Shown: piece by piece, positions 44,325-54,365 of the stretch
Layout of the letters: every line of letters starts with the position of its first letter
Position numbering within the stretch: the stretch's first letter is position 1
Source: Planctomycetota bacterium
GTDB taxonomy: Bacteria > Planctomycetota > UBA1135 > UBA2386
Length of the DNA stretch: 64,000 nt
Assembly: GCA_035649575.1 (NCBI GenBank)
Contig: DASRJH010000167.1
Span: 7,185-71,184 of the forward strand
Reading direction: 5' to 3'
The notes under the pieces: model-generated
Database searches by the model: none
Told to the model about the DNA's origin: nothing
Seen by the model: only the letters and a program-made list of their open reading frames with translations
Translations under genes and position numbers: made by a program

Positions 44325-45911
44325 TCAGCCCATTTCCTCTTCGGTCGGCGGCGTCTCGAGCAGCTCGAGTCCCTTGTAGCGCGAGAGCGCGTATTCGATC
44401 TCGAAGTCCGAATGGAACAGCGCGACGAAGCGGCCGGCTTCGTCCTTCACGACCATCGGCAGCACGTCGATCAGCTCGTCGGTGACGTTCTTGATCCAGC
44501 GCGCGCGCGTCCAGGCCTTGCGGTCGAGCCGCAGGTCGACGTTGTATTCGTTTTCGAGGCGCCACTGGAACACCTCGAGTTGCAGCTCGCCGACCGCGCC
44601 GAGCACGGGCTCGCGCGCGCCGTGGCGCGGCCAGAACACCTGAACGACGCCTTCCTCGCCGAGCTGCTCGAGCGCCTTGCCGAAGCCCTTGGCCATCGAC
44701 GGCTCGCGCGGTGCCACCTGCGCGAAGATCTCGGGCGGAAACCGCGGGAAGTTGCGCACCTCGAACGACGGGCCCGAGCTCAGCACGTCGCCGACGCGGA
44801 ACATGCCGGGGTTGATGAGCCCGATCACGTCGCCGGGCCACGCCTCTTCGATCGACACGCGTTCCTGGCCGAAGAACCGGTGCGGGTGCGACAGACGCAC
44901 CTCGCGCTGCAGGCGCAGGTGCTTGCACGACATGCCGCGCTCGAAGTGGCCCGAACACACGCGCACGAACGCGATGCGGTCGCGGTGCATCTTGTCCATG
45001 TTCGCGGCGACCTTGTAGACGAAGCCCGAGAAGAACGGCGCGTTCGGCGGCACCATGCCGTCCAGCGTGGGCAGCGGTCCCGGCGGCGGCGCGATCTCGA
45101 GGAAACGCTGCAGGATGTTCTCGACGCCGAAGTTCACGAGCGCGCTGCAGAAGAACATCGGCGAGATCTTCTGGTGCAGGAAGGCCTCCATCTGAAACGG
45201 TTGCACGCAGGTCTCGACCATCGCGAGGTCCTCGAGCAGCTGGGCATGGGCCCGTGCGCCGAGTCCCTCGCGCAGCACGGGGTCGGAGGGGCCGGTCGTC
45301 TGCACGAGGGCCTTGGTCGCGTTGTGGGCCGTGCGCTCGAACAGGAAGACCTGCTTGTCGCGCAGCGAGTAGACGCCGCGGAAGCCGTCCCCCGAGCCGA
45401 TCGGCCAGGTCGCGGGCACGACCGTGATGCCGAGCACCTTCTCGACCTCGTCCATGAGATCGAGCGGCGAGCGCGACGGCCGGTCCATCTTGTTGACGAC
45501 GGTGAGGATCGGGATGCCGCGGTCCCGGCACACCTTGAACAGCTTGATCGTCTGCGGTTCGACGCCCTTGGCGCCGTCGATCAACATCAGCGCAGCGTCG
45601 GCCGCGACCAGCGTGCGGAACGTGTCCTCGCTGAAGTCCTGGTGGCCCGGCGTGTCGAGCAGGTTGATGCAGTGGCCCTGATACTCGAACTGCAGCGCCG
45701 AGCTCGTGATCGAGATGCCGCGCTGTTTCTCGAGCTCCATCCAGTCGGAAGTCGCGTGCGCTCCGCCGCGGCGCGCCTTGACCGAACCGGCTTCGCGGAT
45801 CGCGCCGCCGTAGAGCAGCAGCTTCTCGGTCAGCGTCGTCTTGCCGGCGTCCGGGTGCGAGATGATCGCGAATGTGCGCCGGCGTCGGATCTCGGTGTCG
45901 AGGTCGGCCAT
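44325..45911 (-). CDS. prfC: Peptide chain release factor 3
   Basis: ORF 44325..45950 from MADLDTEI. G1 AIISHPDAGKTTLTEK, G3 DTPGHQDF, G4 NKMD. Confidence 0.96.
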   Translation of the reverse strand: MADLDTEIRRRRTFAIISHPDAGKTTLTEKLLLYGGAIREAGSVKARRGGAHATSDWMELEKQRGISITSSALQFEYQGHCINLLDTPGHQDFSEDTFRTLVAADAALMLIDGAKGVEPQTIKLFKVCRDRGIPILTVVNKMDRPSRSPLDLMDEVEKVLGITVVPATWPIGSGDGFRGVYSLRDKQVFLFERTAHNATKALVQTTGPSDPVLREGLGARAHAQLLEDLAMVETCVQPFQMEAFLHQKISPMFFCSALVNFGVENILQRFLEIAPPPGPLPTLDGMVPPNAPFFSGFVYKVAANMDKMHRDRIAFVRVCSGHFERGMSCKHLRLQREVRLSHPHRFFGQERVSIEEAWPGDVIGLINPGMFRVGDVLSSGPSFEVRNFPRFPPEIFAQVAPREPSMAKGFGKALEQLGEEGVVQVFWPRHGAREPVLGAVGELQLEVFQWRLENEYNVDLRLDRKAWTRARWIKNVTDELIDVLPMVVKDEAGRFVALFHSDFEIEYALSRYKGLELLETPPTEEEMG

Positions 45912-45993
45912 GGGGGGGAAGCAGAGTAGCGACGCGGCGCGAGATCTCAAACTGTCGCGCTGCGCGACAGTTTGCAGGTTTCTGGACCCACGC

Positions 45994-46875
45994 TCAGGCG
46001 CGGTCGGGATCCTGGCCGCGCAACACCGAGTTGCCCTCGAACGTCTCGCGCAGATTCGCGCGGGCCGGCTTCAGCAACATCGTTTCGTTCAGGCGTCCAC
46101 TCTGCGCGAAGAAACCGATGGGGTTCTTCCAGACCAGCTGCTCGATGGCTTCGCGCGGCACCAGGGCCTGTTCGAGCTTCGCCACCGTGCGCGGCACCAT
46201 CAGCGGGTCGCTGACGCCCCAGTCGGCGGCGCTGTTCACGATCATGTGGTCGACGCCGTACTCGAGCACGATCGAGACCATGCGCGCGGGGTCCATCTTC
46301 GTGTTCGGGTAGATCGAGAATCCCGACCAGCAGCCCAGATTGCGCGTGAGCTTGATGGTCTCCTCGTTGCCGTGGTCGAGCAGCACGCGCTCCATCGGGA
46401 AGCCGCTCTCCTTGATGATCGCGATGCAGCGTTCGAAGCCCCTCTTCTTGTCGCGGTGCGGCGTGTGTACGAGCACGGGCAGCTTGTGGCGCCTGGCCAG
46501 CTCGAGCTGCAGCGACATGAACTTCTCTTCGGTCGGGGTCTGGTCGTCGAGACCGATCTCGCCGATGCCGACACACGAGTCCTTCTCGCAGTAGCGCGGC
46601 AGGATCGCGAGCACGTCCTTGTTGACGCGCTCGTCGTTGGCTTCGCGGGGATTGAGGGCCATCGTGCAGAAGTGGTGGATGCCGAACTGCTGCGCGCGGA
46701 AGTGCTCCCAGCCGACCAGCGTCTCGAAGTAGTCGACGAACGTGCCGACCGAGGTGCGGTTCTGGCCGAGCCAGAACGCCGGCTCCAGCACGGCGCGGAC
46801 GCCCGCGAGGCAGAGCCGCTCGTAGTCGTCCGTGATGCGGCTGAACATGTGGATGTGCGGTTCGAAGATCAGCAT
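45994..46875 (-). CDS. TatD-family metal-dependent hydrolase (a subfamily resembling EboB)
   Basis: 293-aa ORF: MLIFEPHIHMFSRITDDYERL...EPAFWLGQNRT...LPVLVHTPHRDK...NSAADWGVSDP. Confidence 0.84.
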   Translation of the reverse strand: MLIFEPHIHMFSRITDDYERLCLAGVRAVLEPAFWLGQNRTSVGTFVDYFETLVGWEHFRAQQFGIHHFCTMALNPREANDERVNKDVLAILPRYCEKDSCVGIGEIGLDDQTPTEEKFMSLQLELARRHKLPVLVHTPHRDKKRGFERCIAIIKESGFPMERVLLDHGNEETIKLTRNLGCWSGFSIYPNTKMDPARMVSIVLEYGVDHMIVNSAADWGVSDPLMVPRTVAKLEQALVPREAIEQLVWKNPIGFFAQSGRLNETMLLKPARANLRETFEGNSVLRGQDPDRA

Positions 46876-46903
46876 CGGCGAAGGTTCCGGGAGGAGTGGG
46901 GGT

Positions 46904-47740
46904 TCACGTGGCGAGACGCTGCACGAGATTCTGCAACTGGGCGCGGATCTCGGCGCGTGGTTCGCGTGGCAGCCGTTCGGCCGCGAACGGGCGCAGGTCC
47001 TTGCGGTTCAGTGCGAGCAGGCCCTCGGCCGCGGCCGCGCGCACGCCGTCGTCGCCGTGTTCGAGACCGCCGACGAGACGCGCGGCGGTGCCGGCAGTCG
47101 GCGACATGCCGATGAGCCGCCACGTGTCGCGCCAGACGGCGCGGCCGGCGGCTTCGCGTTCGGTCGCGAGATCCTGCAGCATGCGCGAGAGATCGGGGTT
47201 CGCGTGGCGTTCGGCCGCGAGCACGCGGTGCAGCGGTAGATCGAGGAACGCGAGCTTGAGCAGCAGCTTGTTGGCCCCGGCCTGGTCGAGTCCCGGCTGG
47301 CCTACCGTGCGCGCGAGCAGATCGCTGTCGCACAACGCTGCCTCGAAGTGCAGGACCATGTTCGTGCGCTGCACCTCGCCGAGCAGCCGCACGGTCGCGG
47401 GGCCCAGCGGCAGGAAATGCAGACTGCGCAGCAGCATCGCGCGTTCTTCGATGTCACCGTGCGCGTAGAGGTCCCAGAGCTCGGCGTCGGTGGCGTGGCA
47501 CGAGAGCAGCAAGAAGGCCGCGGCGAGATCGCAGGTGCGGAACGCGCGCAGTTCCACCGTGCCGGGGCCGATCGCGACGCGGCCGCCCGTCTTGGCATCG
47601 CGGCCGAACCGTCGCGGCAGACCGGGGAACAGCACGGGCAGCTGGCTCCGGTCCGCGCGGATCTCGGCGAGCATGGACCCGGCGAGGTCGAGCAACTCGG
47701 GCGCGAGATGAGCGGAGAGCTCGGTGATCGTCTTCGACAT
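46904..47740 (-). CDS. Hypothetical protein with a HEAT-like C-terminus; possibly EboA-like
   Basis: ORF 46904..47779, with the start taken at MSKTITEL. It lies 28 nt upstream of the TatD-like gene on the same strand. The EboA call comes from remembered gene-order context and is not verified. Confidence 0.4.
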   Translation of the reverse strand: MSKTITELSAHLAPELLDLAGSMLAEIRADRSQLPVLFPGLPRRFGRDAKTGGRVAIGPGTVELRAFRTCDLAAAFLLLSCHATDAELWDLYAHGDIEERAMLLRSLHFLPLGPATVRLLGEVQRTNMVLHFEAALCDSDLLARTVGQPGLDQAGANKLLLKLAFLDLPLHRVLAAERHANPDLSRMLQDLATEREAAGRAVWRDTWRLIGMSPTAGTAARLVGGLEHGDDGVRAAAAEGLLALNRKDLRPFAAERLPREPRAEIRAQLQNLVQRLAT

Positions 47741-47833
47741 CGGGGCGAGCAGGATACAGCCCCGACACGCCGTCGTCATGCGGACGGCGTTGGCGGGTGC
47801 TTTCGGACCGGTCCCGGGCTAGCCTGCTCGGCG

Positions 47834-48949
47834 ATGCAGTTTCCCGCCTGGGACCCCGTGTTGTTCGACATCCCCGGGTTGCCGATCGACATCCGCTGGT
47901 ACGGCATGATGTATGTGGTCGGGTTCGTGATCGGGCAGTGGATCCTGGTGCGGCTGGCGCGCGCTCACTTCTTCCCGGGCAAGCCCGAGCTCGCTGCCGA
48001 TCTCATCTTCTATCTCGTGTTGGGCGTCATGCTCGGCGGCCGCACCGGCTATGCCCTCTGGTACCAGCCCGACCTGCTGAATCCGCTGCAATTCATCCAG
48101 GTCTGGAAGGGGGGACTCGCGTTCCACGGCGGCGTGATGGGTGTTGCGGTCGCACTGTGGTTGTTCGCGCGCCGCCACAAGCTCGGCTGGCGCCGCGTCG
48201 GCGATGCCTGCGCGCTCGCGGTCACTCCCGGCATCCTCGCGGTGCGCTTCGCGAACTTCATCAACGGCGAGCTCTACGGGCGCGTGACCGGGAAGGGCGT
48301 CTTCGGCGCGATGCAGTTCCCTACCGACCCCACGGCGGAGCACCTGCTCGGCATTTCCAACAACTGGAGCATGCGCGACCGCGAGCTGTGCATCCAGGTC
48401 GCGTTCGGCAAGCGCACGTTCGCGGACGTGAAGGATCAGCTCAGCACGGTCGACGAGCTCGGCAACAAGATCGACTGGGCTCTCGTGGAGCCGAAGCTCC
48501 ACTGGGCGAAGGTCAGTTCGATGACCGACGCGAGCGGATTGCCCGTCGTCCCGTATCGCCATCCGTCGCAGATCTACGAAGGCCTCGGCGAAGGGCTCGT
48601 GCTCGGGTGTGTTCTGCTCCTGCTCTACCTGGCGACGCGCCGCCGTCCCTTGCGCACCGGCTACTACGCGGTCGTCTTCTTGTTGGGCTACGCTGCGATC
48701 CGCTGGTCGCTCGAGCTCGTGCGCGAGCCCGATGCGCAATTCCGGCATGGCAACGGCAACGGCACCGTGTTCGCCGGAATGACCATGGGGCAGACGTTGA
48801 GTCTGGGGCTCGTGGTCGTTGCGATATTGATCGTCGTGTGGCCGCGCCGCGGCGAGGGGGCCATCCCGCCGGGACTTGGCGGCAACGGATCCGCGCGTGT
48901 CGATCCTGGTGGCCGTGATCCTGGTTGCCGGGGCCGGCAGCAGGAATAA
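47834..48949 (+). CDS. lgt: Prolipoprotein diacylglyceryl transferase, with an internal insertion
   Basis: In frame with ORF 47348..48949, from MQFPAWDPVLFDIPGLPIDIRWYGMMYVVGF. Motifs WKGGLAFHGGVMG and FANFINGELYGR. Confidence 0.9.
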   Translation: MQFPAWDPVLFDIPGLPIDIRWYGMMYVVGFVIGQWILVRLARAHFFPGKPELAADLIFYLVLGVMLGGRTGYALWYQPDLLNPLQFIQVWKGGLAFHGGVMGVAVALWLFARRHKLGWRRVGDACALAVTPGILAVRFANFINGELYGRVTGKGVFGAMQFPTDPTAEHLLGISNNWSMRDRELCIQVAFGKRTFADVKDQLSTVDELGNKIDWALVEPKLHWAKVSSMTDASGLPVVPYRHPSQIYEGLGEGLVLGCVLLLLYLATRRRPLRTGYYAVVFLLGYAAIRWSLELVREPDAQFRHGNGNGTVFAGMTMGQTLSLGLVVVAILIVVWPRRGEGAIPPGLGGNGSARVDPGGRDPGCRGRQQE

Positions 48950-49011
48950 TGGTGTTCAGGTCGGCGTCTTCCCGCTGCCGCGGGCCCGCCACGTTCCACT
49001 TGCTCCTCCCG

Positions 49012-51909
49012 ATGCCGATGTTCCGATTCCAGCCAGCGTGGCTGTTGCTGCTCGCCCTCTGTGCCTCCGGCTGCGACAACGTGGGTCGGGCGTGGGATCC
49101 GATCCTCGATCCGGGCACTCCCGAACCGGGCGACACCTTCTCCGCGATCCAGGTCGTGCCGACCGGTGGGGATGCGCGCGACGGCCGGCCCAAAGTCCGC
49201 GCGACGTTCCCGTCGGAGGGCGGCTGGCCATTGAAGGTGCCGATCGTGGTCGAGTTCAGCGAGAGCGTCAACGAAGCATCGATACTGCCCACGACACCGA
49301 CGGGCACCGACGCGCGCGTGATCGTGCGGGTCCGAGGAACGCCCCAGCCGATTCCGTGCCAGTACGACTTCCTCGCCGGTGGCCGACTGCTGATCATGCG
49401 CCCGATTGCCGAGCTGTCGAACGCGCAGAATCAGACCTACGAGGTCCTGCTGCTGCCCGATGCGCGCGACGTGGATGGCGTGCGGTTCCAGGTCGAATCG
49501 GGTGGCAAGCTGCTGTCCGAGTTCCAGGTCAACCAGGACGAACAGTTCACCGACGGCCGGATCCTGACGACGTTCCCGCGCGACAACGCGTCGCAGGTGG
49601 CGCGCGAGACGGACTACATCGTCGTGTTCGACCGTCCCGCGAACCCGACTTCGGTCCAGCCGACCAACCTGTTCCTGCGCCCCGCGGGCGGATCCGCGAT
49701 CGCGGGTGACCGCGAGTTTCCGCTGTTGATCTTGAACCTGCCCGACCCGCGCGTCGTGGTGTTCAATCCCGACGATTCGCTGGACCCCGCGACGGGCTAC
49801 GAGCTGGTCGTCGACGACACGATCACGTTTCCCGACGAGGGCGAGCTGGACTTCCGCGGCCGTACTCCGTTCGCGCGTTTCGACACGACCGCGCCCGCGG
49901 CGCCGACGTTGGTCGAGCTCGGCAATCCGCTGCCGAACTACCTGGACAAGATCAACCAGACGAACCTGGCCAATGCGATCCTGCGCGTCACCCCGCCTGC
50001 CGATGCAGCGATCGGGGACCGCGTGCGGGCCCGCGTCTACGGTTTCGACGCCGATACCACCCCGGCGGCCGACATCACCTTCGTCGAAGCCTTTGCGGAC
50101 CTGACGAACGCGGGCGCGCAGCCCGTGGACCTCGACCTGTCGGGCGCGCTCGGCACGCTCGAGCATCCGAAGTTCGACGACGGCCCGATCGTGTTCGTGG
50201 CACAGATGCAGCGCGGTTCGGGCAGCTCGGGGTTCGTGCGCCATGCGCAGGGAGCGTCACCGCGGTTCGACATCACGCTGCCGACCCTGACGCGGGCGGG
50301 CCCACCGTCGGGCGGCAATGCGACGGACATCCTCTCCGACGTCGAAAACGTCTCGTTCTACGGCAAGGCCAGCGAGGACATCGCAGAGGCGAGCCTCGTC
50401 GCCGGCACGAACCCGGCTGCGACTCTGTTTGCGTCCGATTCGTCGGGCAACTTCCTGATGCGACCGGTGGCGGTCGGACGGTTGTCCACGCCGCTCGCGT
50501 ATTCGCTGCACTTCACCGACCGGGCCGGCAACGTCTCGTCGGAGGTGACGGGCAACATCGTGATGCGTGGGTTCTTCACGGGGCTCGTGGCGGGTGCGCT
50601 GACCGTCGAGGCATACGACCAGACCACGCTGCTGCCGATCGCGGGGGCGACGGTCCTCGTCGATCCAGGCGCGCCCACGGTGCCTGCCTCGCCGGGGCAG
50701 GCCCCCGGCACCACGGACAGTGCAGGGCGGGCGACGTTCACGGTGTCCGGCACCGACCACACGATCACGATCGTGCGCGCCGGCTACGACCTCGTCACGC
50801 TCTATCGCACGGGCTCCGCGTTCGTGTCATTGCCGCTGCGCCCGACCGCTGCGGCGACGGCGACGCTCAAGGGAACGGTTGCCTTCCAGTCGGCGCCGGG
50901 GACCACGGTCGTGGTGGGCTCGAGTGCGCTCGATTCGCGCAATCCGATCGGTGTGAACACGACGAGCACGGCACCCAACACGATCCCCGACAACACTCCG
51001 ATCGTCCCGAACCGCCCGCAGGTCATGACCGCGTTCGGCGGCGTGATCGAACCCACGGGTGCGCCACCGGCGTTCTCGTCGCAGGGCTGTCAGATGTTGG
51101 GCGCGACGCTGCAGGTGCCGACGCCGCCGACCGTGCCGGCCGGGCCGGGTGCCGAGTCGCAGCAGTCCTTGGCATTGGTGCCGACCGCGGGGTTCTTCTC
51201 GCCGGTCGCCTCGTACCAGAAGGACTTCGGCCTTGCGGCCGGCCTCAACACGTCGAGCCTCGTGGGCGGCAAGCCGGTCGTGCGCGTGACCATGTCGTTG
51301 CTCGGCTTCGAGGGACAGGTGCTCGCCGGGCTCGGCTCCGCGACCGCGCCGGTGGCCGCTTCGTACACGATCAACGCCGACCTCGGCGCGCCGGCCGCGT
51401 TGGGGCTCGCATCGTTCGGTCCGCTCGGGTGGGTAGTGGCGGAAGCGCGCGACACGGGGGAGCGCGTGAGCCGGCACCGGGCCCTGCTCGATCTGCCCAC
51501 GGGCGCCGTGACCGCGATCCTCGACGCGCCTTCGATTCCCATCGTGACCGCGCCGGTCGGGGCCATCACGGGTTCCCCGGCCGTGTCGTTCGACGACGTG
51601 CTCTTCGCGGCTGCCGTTCCGGGCGGACAGGGCATGGTCGATCTCACGGCGAAGGACGGCGCGGGACGCCGCTGGGTCATCCTGTTCGTCGACCGCGACG
51701 CCGCGGGCGGCACCGACACGCTGCAATACCCCGACCTCGCCACGGCAGGCGTGGCCGGTCTGCAGACGGGAACCTGGAGCTTGCAGGCCGAGGCTCGGCT
51801 GCTGATCTCGCTGACGCTGTCGACCAGTGACGATCTGATGCTGACCGAACGGGTTCGCCAGGAGATCCTCTATTCGCGGTCTGCACCGCAGCCGTTCACG
51901 ATCCAATGA
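49012..51909 (+). CDS. Large surface lipoprotein with repeated Ig-like (SbsA/Big_5-type) modules
   Basis: ORF 48925..51909 from MPMFRFQPAWLLLLALCASGC|D (lipobox). Repeated segments follow, e.g. IVVEFSESVNEASI... and YIVVFDRPANPTSV... Confidence 0.72.
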   Translation: MPMFRFQPAWLLLLALCASGCDNVGRAWDPILDPGTPEPGDTFSAIQVVPTGGDARDGRPKVRATFPSEGGWPLKVPIVVEFSESVNEASILPTTPTGTDARVIVRVRGTPQPIPCQYDFLAGGRLLIMRPIAELSNAQNQTYEVLLLPDARDVDGVRFQVESGGKLLSEFQVNQDEQFTDGRILTTFPRDNASQVARETDYIVVFDRPANPTSVQPTNLFLRPAGGSAIAGDREFPLLILNLPDPRVVVFNPDDSLDPATGYELVVDDTITFPDEGELDFRGRTPFARFDTTAPAAPTLVELGNPLPNYLDKINQTNLANAILRVTPPADAAIGDRVRARVYGFDADTTPAADITFVEAFADLTNAGAQPVDLDLSGALGTLEHPKFDDGPIVFVAQMQRGSGSSGFVRHAQGASPRFDITLPTLTRAGPPSGGNATDILSDVENVSFYGKASEDIAEASLVAGTNPAATLFASDSSGNFLMRPVAVGRLSTPLAYSLHFTDRAGNVSSEVTGNIVMRGFFTGLVAGALTVEAYDQTTLLPIAGATVLVDPGAPTVPASPGQAPGTTDSAGRATFTVSGTDHTITIVRAGYDLVTLYRTGSAFVSLPLRPTAAATATLKGTVAFQSAPGTTVVVGSSALDSRNPIGVNTTSTAPNTIPDNTPIVPNRPQVMTAFGGVIEPTGAPPAFSSQGCQMLGATLQVPTPPTVPAGPGAESQQSLALVPTAGFFSPVASYQKDFGLAAGLNTSSLVGGKPVVRVTMSLLGFEGQVLAGLGSATAPVAASYTINADLGAPAALGLASFGPLGWVVAEARDTGERVSRHRALLDLPTGAVTAILDAPSIPIVTAPVGAITGSPAVSFDDVLFAAAVPGGQGMVDLTAKDGAGRRWVILFVDRDAAGGTDTLQYPDLATAGVAGLQTGTWSLQAEARLLISLTLSTSDDLMLTERVRQEILYSRSAPQPFTIQ

Positions 51910-51922
51910 TTGGCACGATCCA

Positions 51923-52564
51923 GTGATTGGCGTAGCGCTGTTGTCGGGCGGGCTCGATTCGGCGGTTGCCGCGGTCTTGTTCGCGCGCGAGCCAGGCAAT
52001 CGCCTCGCGCTGTGCCTGTTCTTCGACTACGGCCAACGGGCTCGCGAGCCGGAGGCCGCGGCCTCGCGCGCTCTGGCGGCGCGCTGGGGTGTGGCCTGGC
52101 AGAGGGTCGAGCTGCCCTGGCTCGGCGTTCTCGCGCAGCGCAGCGGGTCGCGGCTCGTCGACGGGACCGGGCCGGTACCACACGGTACGGCGGCACGGCC
52201 CGGCGACAGCGCGAGTGCTCTGGCCGTATGGGTGCCCGCGCGCAATGCCGTCTTCGTGGCCGCTGCGGCGGCGCACGCCGAGGCTCTGGGTGCTGGCTGC
52301 ATCGTCGCGGGCTTCAACCGCGAAGAGGCCGCCACCTTCCCCGACAACTCGCCGCGGTTTCTGGACGCCGCGACTTCGTTCCTCGGGCACGGCACGCGAA
52401 ACGGCGTCGCGGTCGTCAGTGCCACGCTGCTCATGGACAAGCGGCAGATCGTGACTACGGCGCGCGAGCTCGGCCTCGGCCCTGCTGACTTCTGGTCCTG
52501 CTACGAGGCCGGTCCCGAGCCCTGCGGCCGCTGTGAGTCGTGTCTGCGTAGTCGTTGGCAGTGA
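51923..52564 (+). CDS. queC: 7-cyano-7-deazaguanine synthase
   Basis: 213-aa ORF. PP-loop LLSGGLDS. C-terminal zinc cysteines CGRCESC. Confidence 0.9.
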   Translation: MIGVALLSGGLDSAVAAVLFAREPGNRLALCLFFDYGQRAREPEAAASRALAARWGVAWQRVELPWLGVLAQRSGSRLVDGTGPVPHGTAARPGDSASALAVWVPARNAVFVAAAAAHAEALGAGCIVAGFNREEAATFPDNSPRFLDAATSFLGHGTRNGVAVVSATLLMDKRQIVTTARELGLGPADFWSCYEAGPEPCGRCESCLRSRWQ

Positions 52565-52626
52565 GATCCGGCTGCTGGCCGCACCGGCGCGTTCCCAGTT
52601 CACGTTGGGCCGTCTAAGCTGGGTCC

Positions 52627-53430
52627 ATGGTGTGGACCTTCGGCATCGTCAACTTGACGAGGGATTCGTTCTCGGACGGCGGGCGGTTCCTGCGGCCCGA
52701 GGCGGCGCTCGAACACGCCGACCGGCTGCTCGCCGACGGTGCCGACGTGCTCGACCTCGGCGCCGAGTCGACGCATCCGGATGCCGAGGACGTGTCGGCT
52801 GAAGAGGAGCTGCGGCGGTTGCAGCCGGTCGTCGAGAAGCTGCTCGAGCGCGGAGCCACGGTCAGCATCGACACGTGCAAGCCCGTGGTCATGCGCGCGA
52901 TGACGGCGCTCGGCGTGCACTGGCTCAACGACGTGAGCGGCTTCCGCACCGCGTCGGCGATGGAGGCTGCCGCGGCCACGCCCCTCAGGGTCCGGTTCGT
53001 CGTCATGTTCTCGCGCAGCCAGGGACCACGCGCCGACCGCCCGGACGCCGATGCGGCGCGCGTGCTCGGCGAGATGCAGGCATTCTTCGCAGAACGCCTG
53101 CAGAGCTTCGCCGCGGCCGGCATCGCGCGCGAGCGACTCGTGTTCGATCCCGGCATGGGGTTCTTCCTCGGCCACAACGCGGCGCCGAGCCTCAGGGTCT
53201 TGAAACACCTGTCCGAGCTGCGTGCGTTCGACGTGCCGCTGCTCGTCTCGGTGTCGCGCAAGTCGTTCCTCGGTGAGGTGACGGGGCGGCCCACTGCCGA
53301 ACGCGGCCCTGCGAGTCTGGCCGCGGAGCTCTGGGCGCTGCGAAACGGCGCTTCCTTCGTGCGCACGCACGACGTCGCGGCGTTGCGCGCGGCGTGGGCC
53401 GTCGAACAGGCGATAGCGAGCGCCTCGTGA
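52627..53430 (+). CDS. folP: Dihydropteroate synthase
   Basis: 267-aa ORF: GIVNLTRDSFSDGG...DVLDLGAEST.P...DPGMGF. Confidence 0.92.
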   Translation: MVWTFGIVNLTRDSFSDGGRFLRPEAALEHADRLLADGADVLDLGAESTHPDAEDVSAEEELRRLQPVVEKLLERGATVSIDTCKPVVMRAMTALGVHWLNDVSGFRTASAMEAAAATPLRVRFVVMFSRSQGPRADRPDADAARVLGEMQAFFAERLQSFAAAGIARERLVFDPGMGFFLGHNAAPSLRVLKHLSELRAFDVPLLVSVSRKSFLGEVTGRPTAERGPASLAAELWALRNGASFVRTHDVAALRAAWAVEQAIASAS

Positions 53431-54188
53431 TCCCGCTGCGCGACAGCATCCCGGCCAGCCGGACTCCCGTCGTGACCTGGGCGATCGTCGCGGCGTGCGC
53501 GGTGGCCTTCCTGCTGCAACTGCGCGACGACCAGGGCGAGCTGATCGAGCAATATGGCATGGTGCCGGCGCGCGTGTTCGATCCGCAGGCGCGGCACGTG
53601 CTGAGGGACATCGTGGACCATCGCGGCGGGTCCCACGTGCTGATGCAGGCCGCCGTGCCCGACTGGCTCACGCTGCTCACGTGTACGTTCCTGCACGGCG
53701 GCTGGCTGCACTTCCTCGGCAACATGTGGTTCCTGTGGATCTTCGGCGACAACGTCGAGGATCGTTTCGGCCGGCTGCGGTTCCTCTGCTTCTACCTCGG
53801 TTGCGGGATCGCGGCCTCGCTCGCGCATCTGCTCACGGCGCCGCAGTCGAGCGTGCCGACCATCGGCGCGAGTGGTGCGATCGCGGGCGTGATGGGGGCC
53901 TACTTGTTCCTGTATCCGCGGTCGCGCGTCGAGATGCTGTTCATCTGGGGCTTCTTCGTCGACGTGATCGTGTTGCCGGCGCCGTTCTTTCTCGGCTACT
54001 GGTTCCTGCTGCAACTCGTGCAGGGCATGGTCGAAATCGGCGGCCGCGGCGGCGGTGTCGCGTGGTGGGCCCACATCGGCGGCTTCGCGGTGGGGGCTGC
54101 GGTGGCCGCGCTGCTTCCAAAGATGCGCCCGGTGCCCCCGACGATCGTGCTCACGCGACGGCGTCACAGCTGGCCGCCGCGACGGTAG
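53427..54188 (+). CDS. Rhomboid-family intramembrane serine protease
   Basis: ORF 53394..54188, with the GTG at 53427 overlapping the folP stop. Motifs HGGWLHFLGNMWFLWIFG, GASGAIAG (Ser) and AHIGGF (His). Confidence 0.9.
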   Translation: MIPLRDSIPASRTPVVTWAIVAACAVAFLLQLRDDQGELIEQYGMVPARVFDPQARHVLRDIVDHRGGSHVLMQAAVPDWLTLLTCTFLHGGWLHFLGNMWFLWIFGDNVEDRFGRLRFLCFYLGCGIAASLAHLLTAPQSSVPTIGASGAIAGVMGAYLFLYPRSRVEMLFIWGFFVDVIVLPAPFFLGYWFLLQLVQGMVEIGGRGGGVAWWAHIGGFAVGAAVAALLPKMRPVPPTIVLTRRRHSWPPRR

Positions 54189-54365
54189 TGACGGGCCGCG
54201 CACTCAAGCAACGGTGCGACGGGCAGGTCGACGGTCGCGCGATGACGGCCTCGATCGGGAGTCCGGGGTCACCAAGTCGACACGAACGCCAGTTCGGCCT
54301 CAAGTCAGCCGGGGGGAACGTCGAATAATGCCTCGTGGTGCCGCCGAGCGGGCCATGTCTGACGC

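Noticed and set aside
54181-54248. Five GACGG pentamers spaced 9-14 nt apart, upstream of the coiled-coil/actin-like pair; considered as parC-like centromere iterons
   Set aside because: The motif is short and GC-rich, the flanks of the copies are not conserved, the spacing is irregular, and the first copy lies inside the rhomboid coding sequence. This cannot be distinguished from chance without genome-wide statistics.
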